A stretch of 64,000 nt of DNA, from positions 9,982,001 to 10,046,000 of the forward strand of contig CM120640.1 of NCBI GenBank assembly GCA_051362555.1, read 5' to 3'. The notes below the pieces were generated by a model, which searched no databases, had not been told where the DNA came from, and saw only the letters and a list, made by a program, of their open reading frames with translations. The position numbers and the translations under genes were made by a program. This document shows, in pieces, positions 22,801 to 32,342 of the stretch (positions within the stretch are counted from its first letter, which is position 1; the number at the start of each line of letters is the position of its first letter). Source of the stretch: Lingula anatina. Its lineage: Eukaryota > Animalia > Brachiopoda.

Positions 22801-25051
22801 TCTCATTTAACAGCACTTAGCTCAGGGGTATCTTTGCATGATTTAAGTTCTACATGTAGTAGTTTTTATTTTTTCATAGAAACATGTAGCTCTTTATTTT
22901 GCTGCTTTAAATGATGCTTTCACAGAAAAGAAGAATTGCAAATACCTCCGTCAGGAATGGAGTGAGTGTGACACTATGACCAACAGACGTACCCGGGTTT
23001 TGGTACTAAAGGAAGGGAGCTCTGCAGAATGCGAAGAAAGAAAAGAAGTCAGCAGCAAGTGCAGAAGTAGCAGAGAAAATAAAAAAAGCCAGAGGCAAGT
23101 GAGAAAACTTCAGCGCCAAGAAAGAAAAAAGCAGAAGCAGGAAAGAAAGAAACAAAAAAAGGAAAGAAAAAGACTAAGGCAGGAGCAAAAGAAACAACGT
23201 AAAGAAGACCAACAAAGAGGTGACAAACTTTCTTCTGTGTTAGATGAAAAGGATTAATGTGTTATATTGTCTGCTAGCATTTTTTCATAGTTTTCATTTA
23301 TTAATTAGCAGTGTTGTACATTTTTAGTACACGTAATGACATGCTTTACACATTTTAGCAAGATTTATAGCACCATATTTATTTCATGTAAATATGCTTT
23401 CATTGTACTAGCATTACAGTAACACTGTAACCCATATAATAACTGTCAAACATATTTAGCAACAACAAGCAATTTGGTTTATATGGGTGACTAGGGTTAA
23501 TATGTAACAGCTAACAAAAAGTCATGAAAAGTAACACCTATACATTATTCCAATACTTAAATATGTTGGAATAATGGAAATTTTTTCTGTTTCTTTTAAA
23601 TGATTACACCTTAAAGAAACATCATAAACTCCAAGTTTTTATTTCTCCCAAACTGTTCATTATAATGTTTAGAAATCTTCTTGATAACATCTGTATCAAG
23701 TTGAAAATTTAATGGAATACCTATGGCATTAATGAAGGAAGTGGTGTCAAAAATTGAGCTTTGTTGAGAAATTTGTTTAGGAAATTTTTATTATAAATTT
23801 ATTATAAATAATATATTGTATCCTGGTCAGCATATCTTCCCAATATGAATTCCACTTGTTTTACTGTTTGAATTTGTGTTCTCTTTTTCAGGTTGCAAGT
23901 ACATGAAGGGAGAATGGTCAGACTGCGAGGACGGAATGACCACCAGGACTGACCAGCTCAAGCCAAGAAACAACAATAACCCTGAATGCCCAGCTACTAG
24001 AACCAAAACAAAGAAGTGTAGTAAGTAAAGCCAAGCTATTATGACATAACGCAGCATAATACACTTCTCCTGTATGTAGTCTCAAAATTTGATTTTTCAA
24101 TGTGTTCATCGTATCCTGTTTTTTTTCCTCTTCCATGAGCAAATCACAAAATTCATTCCTGAATGCATTCATCGTATCTAGAATATGAGGCTCATTTTTG
24201 TGTTAACACCACATTTATTGTATTCTTTCAATAAAAATTGAATCACTAATCTGTCCATATAAACAACACCTAGATGTAATACTTTCTACCATAAAAAATT
24301 ATCTGATATTTAATTATCAAGACCAAAGATATACTTTCCCTGAACATGTTCACCTTTTTAACTCCATTCTAACAGAGTGCAAGTACACCTGGACTTGGGA
24401 TGCCCATTGTGATGACCACAACTTGAGGACTCGTACCATGACTCTAGTCATGGGCAACCCTAATGACTGTGCTCAGACAAAGCAAGAACAGAAATCATGT
24501 GTAAATAAGAGAGGACAGGGTAAGAGATGAATTCATAAGAATCATTTATATAATTGTAGTTCTTGCAACTCGTATTATCAAATTTGTACAGTGTAGCAAT
24601 TTAGATCAATTTGAAGCACAGAAATAACTTTCATTGGTATGCATACAAAATAACAGGAAGTTATTAATGTAATCTAGGTAAGTTTGGCATGAAACTGCCT
24701 GGCAGATCTGTTGCTGATCGAGATAGGAGTGGCAGATGTGTGTCCCTCATTGCCTCAGAGTTGCCCCCTTATTGTCTTTTTACTTTCACCATGTGTCTGT
24801 TAAAGTGCTGACATTTTTCAGCTTACTTGCTAATACTTTCAAAGTCCACCTTGTACAGGAATCAGAACAAACTTCCTCTAAGAGTCTAAATTTTCATAAT
24901 GCTATTAAAATTTTGTTTTTCAGAAGCCTGCATGTATGGTCCTTGGGGAGAGTTTAGTGAGTGTGTTAATGGCGTAAAAACCAAGCGGAGAGATGTGGCC
25001 CAGGGAGGCGACAGGTGCCAGGCAAAAGCTGTCAAAACAAAGAGATGTTAG
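10139..25051 (+). CDS. Secreted multi-repeat pleiotrophin/midkine (PTN/MK, miple)-family protein, 8 coding exons, 411 aa
   Basis: Exons 10139-10235, 16386-16553, 17786-17917, 19563-19706, 22926-23219, 23892-24020, 24376-24519 and 24924-25051 join through GT-AG phase-1 introns into a 1236-nt ORF. It encodes signal peptide MERVVVGLLLVCLVVVQG, a PTN N-domain, then six C-(K/R/M)-Y...W..C......TR......C.......C modules. Confidence 0.9.
11048..12833 (+). mobile_element. Helentron-associated non-autonomous element (HINE/DINE-1/pearl-like), apparently full-length copy A
   Basis: 5' hairpin TATGTACAGACAC-agat-GTGTCTGTACATA, GC-rich microsatellite, three 159-bp core repeats (11205, 11364, 11523), ~337-bp internal duplication, 3' subterminal TGTCTGTACA plus stem-loop GACAGC-ttt-GCTGCC, T-rich ends, no TSD. 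Homologous to 33011-38479. Confidence 0.8.
13970..14272. mobile_element. Kolobok-like MITE at a TTAA site with 19-bp TIRs
   Basis: TTAA|AGGTATAATAACTCTTTGT ... ACAAAGAGTTATTATCCCT|TTCA; TIRs differ by one base and the right TTAA is mutated. Confidence 0.65.
16386..16553 (+). CDS. PTN/MK-like gene exon 2: PTN/MK N-terminal domain
   Basis: AKACTWTFGDCVPENGNCGQGTRIGTKSGEGCRVKQKTFSCRIPC; Cys spacing 6-6-13-8-3 versus 7-6-13-8-3 in vertebrate PTN; TTCAG acceptor, A|GTAAGT donor. Confidence 0.92.
16803..16864. repeat. (AT)n microsatellite
   Basis: Pure AT dinucleotide run. Confidence 0.95.
17786..17917 (+). CDS. PTN/MK-like gene exon 3: C-type domain 1
   Basis: CRYMKGPWSDCNTSNNMQNRTLTLKKSKAGCDQVKLEQKKCKK; TACAG acceptor, G|GTTTGT donor. 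Confidence 0.9.
18106..18160 (+). repeat. 55-bp direct repeat, second copy at 19376-19430
   Basis: TTTTATACAGCTGCCTGTAATTCATCTGAGGAA(C/A)AATTTTCCAGATCAGCAACTT occurs twice in the same intron with one mismatch. Confidence 0.85.
19342..19468. repeat. Inverted repeat with degenerate hammerhead-like motifs (possible Penelope-like or retrozyme remnant)
   Basis: AGCAGAGCATCTTCATCAGG pairs imperfectly with CCCGATGAAGATGTTCTGCT; the right arm continues as CCGATGA-A-GATGT-loop-ACATC-GAAA-TATT. Confidence 0.45.
19563..19706 (+). CDS. PTN/MK-like gene exon 4: C-type domain 2
   Basis: ECKYTKGEWGNCDPATNMMTRVKQLKKGNSTRCNATITQTKPCKKNKM; TTTACAG acceptor, G|GTAAGT donor. Confidence 0.92.
20263..20286. repeat. 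(GCAC)n microsatellite
   Basis: Short tetranucleotide run following a CA run. Confidence 0.7.
22252..22677. mobile_element. Older non-autonomous TIR element with ~75-bp imperfect TIRs and 5-bp TSD ATTCA
   Basis: Left CAGGCCT...CATTTTCTAACTCGAGCCTCAGAT...ACAAATGCCCAAATTAA; reverse complement of right end CAAGCCT...CATTTTCTAACATGAGTCTCAGAT...ACAAATGCACAAATTAA; ATTCA at 22247-22251 and 22678-22682. Confidence 0.8.
22926..23219 (+). CDS. PTN/MK-like gene exon 5: C-type domain 3 plus K/R/Q/E heptad linker
   Basis: EKKNCKYLRQEWSECDTMTNRRTRVLVLKEGSSAECEERKEVSSKC...QRQERKKQKQERKKQKKERKRLRQEQKKQRKEDQQR; CACAG acceptor; phase-1 donor G|GTGACA is weak. Confidence 0.85.
23892..24020 (+). CDS. PTN/MK-like gene exon 6: C-type domain 4
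   Basis: GCKYMKGEWSDCEDGMTTRTDQLKPRNNNNPECPATRTKTKKC; TTTTTCAG acceptor, A|GTAAGT donor. Confidence 0.92.
24376..24519 (+). CDS. PTN/MK-like gene exon 7: C-type domain 5
   Basis: KCKYTWTWDAHCDDHNLRTRTMTLVMGNPNDCAQTKQEQKSCVNKRGQ; AACAG acceptor, G|GTAAGA donor. Confidence 0.9.
24924..25051 (+). CDS. PTN/MK-like gene exon 8: C-type domain 6 and stop
   Basis: EACMYGPWGEFSECVNGVKTKRRDVAQGGDRCQAKAVKTKRC*; TTTTTCAG acceptor; TAG at 25049-25051. Confidence 0.9.
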
Positions 25052-26324
25052 GAGACACTGATGCCAGTCACAGATTTAAATATTCACAGTAAACTTTTCT
25101 ACAAATAATCCAACTGAATGTAATACACATGGTGGAAACTATTGAATTTGCCTGTTGAGGAAATGAATGTTGACCATGTTTTCAAAGACAAACTGCACAA
25201 AAGAGAAGGATTTATACAAATTTGGATGTTTTCAGAATTGAATTTTGATTATGTGCATAATTTGATGTTACACAGACTGTGGTATATGTTACCAGTGTGT
25301 TGAAGTATTAATTGCAATCCATTTGAATGAGGTGGGTGTTGTTACCTGGATGAGGATAGGTTCAAACAATATATAAATATAATATTAAATATGTAGTATG
25401 TATGGCATTTAACTTGTAACTTTAATATATCCTTTACTGTACTTTTTTAAAAATATAATATCCCACTTAACATGTCTGTAATACTTTTCAAATCAATCTT
25501 TAAGAATCAATCTTTAAGGAGAAACTTGAAGTAATTAATCGTGTAAGTTTTAGCTGTAATTTTTTGATTAGCTGTTTGAGAGCCTTCTTGTATGCATAAA
25601 CACTTTTCATATTTATAAAGAAGTGCTTTAAAATTAATTTTACAAAAGATTTAAAGATTTTAAGCAGGAGAAAAAAGAATAATTTCCAAGCAAAGTGTAC
25701 AAAGTGCTTTAAACTCTTGTTCATAGTTTGTGCTTTTGATGGACACTGTATGTATTTTGTATATGTTTTTAATTTCAAATGTAGAACTGTTTTTTAAGTG
25801 ATAAAAGTCATTTTTTAAAATCAAAACATCTCATTAAAAGATTCTTACTCTATCAGCATTGACTAGATATTTATATCCTTCACATTTTATCTGCCATTAA
25901 TATTTTGAGTCTCACAGTTTTCTCAAACTTATCATAAAGTGTCTCATTCTCACCAATTATAATTATCCCATTAAAGAATTTCATTTTTACAATCCACCCA
26001 TTTTTGAGTTCATACGTGTATGGAATTTGACTCAGTAGGGTTATGATGTGAACTGTAAAATCTGTATGTTTTGACTTGAATTTCTTGGAATTCTAATATT
26101 TGGAATTTATTAGAAAGTATACTTGTTATAAAAAATGCACAAATCAGCAACTTTGGGAAAGTTTTTTCTTGTTTTGATGAACCAATTGGTGATATGTGAA
26201 CTAGATGTTGAGCATTCTTTCCTCTAACATTGTGCCAATAATCTTAACTTTAGTTGTGAATTTTGTTTATGAAGCAATACAGTTGTTGCCTCAAGCAATG
26301 CAACTTCTTTCTTTTTAGAATTGT

Positions 26325-26330
26325 AATAAA
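26325..26330 (+). terminator. Probable polyadenylation signal of the PTN/MK-like gene
   Basis: AATAAA followed about 20 nt later by a GT/T-rich tract; the CpG-depleted zone ends just downstream. Confidence 0.5.
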
Positions 26331-28268
26331 ACATTTCCTTTAGAATAGTTGTTTTTTTTTTTCAATATATACTAAAGACTTTTGAGTTGCATGTATTATT
26401 TTATTTTACGGAAATCATTGACACTTCTTTAATCTGAATTCTCCTAATTTATAAATTTTTAAAAGGTATTTTAACGACTTCAATTTCACTTTGGCTAATA
26501 TTAAATCACACAGACAAAATGACGATTTTGCGTGCTTGTTCATTGGACTTCTGAGTGTCACTATCACATTCGTGCCCGGGATCATGTACGAGTTCCCTGG
26601 GACACGGGGTGCACGAACAGTAAAACATCCATTGTAAAATTTACATCTAGCATTCTTTGAAGTAGTAATGCCCTTGAATTAGACCAACATGTGTCATGTT
26701 AACCCTTACCTGTACAATCGAAATATATCGTAGATTTATTTCCGTGCCTGTACGAATTTTATGGAGGGTGGAACTGTTATTAGTGTGAAACGGATCCCCA
26801 TTTTTTTTACACCAACTTGTGACACAATCACTCTATTAAAAGATTGTGCCGGCAGCTGTGTTTGAGTGCTGAACCGATAAGATTGTGTTTGCTGCGACAA
26901 TGATTGCTAAAAAGATCACAGATCGGCCTTTGTAAGGGTGGCCTTTGTAGGCTATATTAAAGGTACGTACGAACCGAGCATCGGTGGAGCGTGGATTCCC
27001 AGTAACACATGTAAACCACTTCTACTAGATTCTTATATGACTAAAATAAATTCGACATGCCAAGGGATAAACTGAATAGATCACTCGATCAGCCATAAAA
27101 GACCTTTAGACTGCTCCTTTCTTTAAATTTATGGTTGTAAATTTAACCTACATTCGTGACCTACTTTCCTGCCCCATTGACATACAGCTTAGAATGCCAG
27201 CAGAAAAATCCGTTCAAACATCATTTTCGGGTAAAATTATACAATGCCTTTTGGTCATTCTCTTAGTTATACTACTTGAAACTATATGCTGGCACTTGGT
27301 TGGTTTTTGTGACAAAAAATTGACTTTGTATGCATCTTTAAAGTTTAGTTGTCTTATCTGCAGTCACTACTAGATTTTCCTGTATGCAGCCTGCCAGTCT
27401 ATCCTGAAATCACGTTACAAACCTTTGGGATAATGAAATTGAAACTCCTGCTGAGAAATTACGCGAAATAAAATGAAAGAAATGCTTTTCATTCAGTGAA
27501 GAAGAGAGCGATTTTAGAATGGGGAAAAAAATCCTTTTTTACCTCTTAATTTAGATCTACAGGTACCTCTAGATTTTGTCTTTTTTTAATACGCAATAAG
27601 CACCCCAGTATAAATCATGTGTTTTGTATTGACATAACCAAGTATTTATTTCATTCACTGCCTAATTCTGATAACCTTTTTTCTGTACTTTTTATAAATA
27701 CATGGATGCACACTCGGCCGTCACCTCGATTGCTCAATGAATCTAGAAACTACATGAAATGACTAATAAAATGACTTTGGGATATCATACTATCTGTAGA
27801 CATCCGTAATGGAAAAAAAAAAACCCCGTATATATTTACTAATTAGGTAGTGTGGCGTGTAAATGGCGATTATATAAATTCGTTAAAAAAATTCCTTGAG
27901 TGTATACTAGGGTAGTACAGTATTCTTATGCCAATTTGGGCAAATTTTAAAATTCATTAATAACCAAATGTTATAGTGAGGTAAGTGAAGTGTAAGTCAT
28001 TTGCTTACAACACAAATAAAGTGACAGCTGAACGCAGGCGACCGAAGCGAAGATTAAAGAGATGACAACTGTTCATTTGAGATTCATATTTCACAATAAA
28101 AGCATGGTAAACAACCCATAGAAATATAATAAACTCCGTTTGACCACCAAAACAGAGATTGTCGCAATTTTTCTGGAATTTGTGCTTGTCCCCACACCAT
28201 ATATGGACCTTCATATATGGCTATACCTCCGTAATAATATTCTAACTTATTTTTTTTTAATGGACTAA

Positions 28269-28535
28269 GGGACCATTTCCAGACACTATCGTACTAACTG
28301 TGGATCGATCTATCTCCGAGGGGATTCTAGCAAAATTGCAATCAACTAAAGCAGCTTAGTAGTAACTTAGATGTCTGTCACGCCTACTGAAGCTGCTAGA
28401 GGGTAATTAACTATCGTTTAACAGCTTCAGAAGGCGTGCCAAACCTCTAAGCCGCTTAAGCTAAAAGCAATTTAGCGAGAAACCCAAGGAGATAGATCGA
28501 TCTTATTAGATCGATCTAGGTATGGGAACCCAGCC
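28269..28535. mobile_element. Fold-back MITE, PIF/Harbinger (Tourist)-like, TAA TSD
   Basis: TAA|GGGACCATTTCC...GGGAACCCAGCC|TAA; internal arms GATCGATCTATCTCC/GGAGATAGATCGATC and CACGCCTACTGAAGCTG/CAGCTTCAGAAGGCGTG; related left-end fragment near 7708-7780. Confidence 0.65.
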
Positions 28536-28942
28536 TAACTTTGAATGATGGAATGGATTCATTACTCAATGCTTGGACATAATATTCGTTATTTTGTCCA
28601 AGCTCAATGGTAAGCATGGAAAGTCGCAGTTACACCAATACAACAATAGTTATCCCTTTAATTTTATCTGACGAGAATGGTGACGCATTCTATCAGCGTA
28701 TTATAAAGGCATATCGTTAAGTACCCCCCCACACCCCCAAGTTTATGAATAATAACTCTATGGTCGAATTTTATTGCTATTGTTGAAACCATTGTGGGCA
28801 TTGCTTAGAAGAAAAAAAAAACATTAATTCTGATATCTCTCATCTACAGCAATGATATCCGCCCGTCTGCTCGTCTCTCGGAATGACCTTGGCAATGTGT
28901 CAAAACACTAGAAGCGCAGCAGGCAGACGAGAGCAAAGAGCC

Positions 28943-29015
28943 ATGGCAGGATCGGAAAGCTGTTCTAGGAGTAATTTCCTGGAGGTTTTAGTCTTTCTTA
29001 CTACAGTTATCACAG
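28943..29015 (+). CDS. Ig gene exon 1 (signal peptide)
   Basis: GCCATGG Kozak context; [24 protein letters not shown]; CAG|GTAAGT donor, phase 1. Confidence 0.8.
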
Positions 29016-32000
29016 GTAAGTTATAGTTTAGACACGTGGAAGGTCGGTGGTCTTTGGGGCGATATTTTAAAGCGTTTAAACATTTGCCGTGTTACTGATA
29101 AGGTGGACGTGAGACCGATTTGTTTTTGCCGCCCGCTTGGTATAATATCAGGGTTTTCATTGATCAAACGAGTTGAAGTAAGCTATAGCAGATGATGTTA
29201 TACGGTAGCGTGGGGACCAAAAGCGTTGGGAAAAGCCGGAAAGTTTTGAAATTACTTACAAAATTTTCATTACCTGCCATACAGTATTGCCATACGTTGC
29301 GTACTGTACAGCGAATTTCATACTGTTTTACACAATAATTTGATTAACAAAAGCAATTCATGTATGTGTACATACTAGAATTTCACTGCCTGTTGAAAAC
29401 ATTTAAAGCCAAGGCGTTTTGTTTATTTCCCCTCTGTCGTATTGTTAATGCAAAGACTAAACGTCAGTTGTAAATCTGAATGTAATGTTAGACTCCAACT
29501 AACTGGTTATAATTGAACCAAGGTCCATATAGGAGTATATGTAGGCAGGAAAACGTGCTAGCTATCTTGGGTGTGTTATATTACTTTGAGCCCACTGCTT
29601 GACTAATAGTTCCCCGTAAAAAAAGACCAGAGGTTCCTTAATGTTAGTTTTCCTCTTATATGTCTGGACTGAAGCTGTACTCTGTACATTTAATGTGTTA
29701 CAGCTACCCAGCTTGCTAATATATAACTGCCGGCTGTTGTAAATAGATCATTGATCAGTAGGACTTGAGCTGAACCTTCTTGATTTGACTGCTAAGTAGA
29801 TGGTCTGCTGTTGCAAGAATAATTAATGCCACTTGATGCCATATCCATTACCCAAGAATAAAGATTTAAAGAAAATAAATAGTAATACTGAAATTACATA
29901 ACTGACGAATCCTTTCAAAATCAAATATATGTAATTTTGCAACAATTTCAGTGTAGTCACATTCTATATTCTGCAATAGAATTTTTTTTATTGATATAAA
30001 AGTATACATTTTATAACAAAAAATATGCCTTGAACTTAAAATATCAAATGTATCAATCAAACAGACCACCCACAGTGTGTTAAAAACATATTTACTTCCT
30101 TAGTTAGAGGAAATCATTTGTTCTGTTTGAACAATATACATTATAGCTATTATAACCAGTATTGTTTAACTGTGATATATGTAATCTATGTACCAGGATG
30201 ATTGGAAAATGGTGATAAATAGTCGGGTATGTTTGTGTTCATCTAGTAGGCAAACAGCTTGGGTTTTATCAACTTGGAGAAAACACGAGATACATAAAAC
30301 AAACACCAGAAGTAGCTTCCCAGGTGCTTGATCAGGCTATTCACCTGGAGATTCTATGCTTCAGGTGATGCTAAGAGTGGCCATACTGAAGTTCCCCCTG
30401 TGGATGCACATTAGCAGTTACTGTGAAATATAAATATTCTTGACGTTTTCATGCTAATCTTTAACTGTGGGAGGTATAATTCATTGAATCCTTAGGTATT
30501 GATATATTTGGCTAGATTTCTTAGAATTTCCTATAGTAAGAATAGCCGTGTAAGCTGGCTGAGGAAAAACTAGGGCAAGGGATCAATATATTACATTGGA
30601 TTTATTATGTCTTCTTCAGTAGTCTCATGAGAATAGATAATGAATGTCACTTTTCATTGCTTTTGCTTCAGGGCTATGTACCCTCACTGAATACATATCC
30701 TGTGAATAGCTCGGTAATGGTATCATTGACTTTATATTTTGCCTTTTCTTTTCTCCTTTTTGTTTTTGTTACCGAATTGATTAATTTGCACTTAGTTTTG
30801 TAATCCTTCTTTTATCCTTGCATTGGCAAAATTCCCGGCGAAATTCCCATCACTGCTGGGGTCATTGAATTAGGATCAGTTTCTTTACCCCAAAAAACAA
30901 TATATATTCAATAAATATTTCAAAAGCAACATAAAGCCATCTTTGAATTTACTCCTAAAACAAATCCTGAAATCTCACTCCAGAGGTATCTTTTATTGGA
31001 GTTATTGATATATTTTTGCTTTTGCTGACTTCAAATATGAACCACTGTCGGGAGATCAAACTTCAGCTTCACAAATTTATGGCAGAAAATGGCTGTAAGT
31101 CATTTTAGAAAAATGATTTATAAATAGAGTATTAGCAATTACCTTCCACAAAATATACTCCCATTTACTGAATCCTAACTATTCACTGATAACACCCCCT
31201 AAACTTAAATGAAAGGGTGAATCACTGGCAGACACCTAATGAACCATTGCACCTTTGGTTATACATGGTCATAGTAGGCACCTGAATTAGCAGCCCAAAG
31301 GCAACTGCACTCCTTCTGCCTGATTCATAGGGAATGCCTGGCAAAATGGTTTTCTTGTTTAATTTGGCAACTGCATCCTAGGTTATAACTTCAAACAAGG
31401 TATAATTTCACTTGTATGCCAGCAGTCAATTAGATATCTTTCATCAAGTGTGTTTATGTTATACAAATGTATTACATGTTAGTGTATCATAAAGCATGAT
31501 TTTATTTGTCATTGATCCTAGACAACTCACGATAATGACTATTACTGAGAAATGATAGGAAGTGGGGAAGCTCAAATAAAATAACCTGCATCATTGTTCA
31601 ATATCTGACATGGAAAATGTGTAAAAACATATCAATCAACAATTTGAAAGAGGAAATGAAGTGAAATATGGGTATTTGTCATATACTAGTAAGAATTCAA
31701 GGGTCTATTTTTTCATGGAATGAATTAGTACTGATAGGGGTTGTTGAAGTTATCATAGCTTTTTAATTGTTATTATATGGTGATGGCAATGTTTGTTCAG
31801 TCCAATTTAGAGACTGATATCATTTCTAGAATTCCTCTCACAGCAAAAAAGCATAGGGAGATAACCAGTCTGTTTTGAAGATGGGGCAAGAGTTCAGTTT
31901 ATCAGAGGTTTGGTACTTTCCTATCATTTATTGACAGTTAACTTTCATCCATCACAAACAATGTCTGGGAAAAGGAAGATTAAAGACTAGAAAAAAGGGA

Positions 32001-32308
32001 GATAAAAAAGGTCGAAGGCATCATGTTGCTTCTGACCTAAGTAAAAATTCTCATAAAACATCAGTACACATTAGTCAGAGGCTCTCACTTTTTTTCCTTT
32101 GGAGGTGGAGAAGATAATGTTTGACTTGGTGTTATAGATATTTGATTACAACAATACAAAGTGTTTTGCAGAAGGAATTTATTTACTTTTGTTTTTCAGC
32201 AAGATTGTTGCTTATATTATCACCATTCAGATTATGTTGTATGTGTTTGTGTTAGCATTGAGACTTGATAAATGTTATATTAAATGTTTAGAAGGTGTAT
32301 GGTGCATG

Positions 32309-32342
<34 letters not shown>

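Larger units (their letters stand above)
26400..29750. promoter_or_regulatory. CpG-retaining intergenic/promoter region around exon 1 of the Ig gene
   Basis: CG dinucleotides are common here by eye and scarce in the flanking gene bodies; the region spans the ATG at 28943. Confidence 0.5.
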
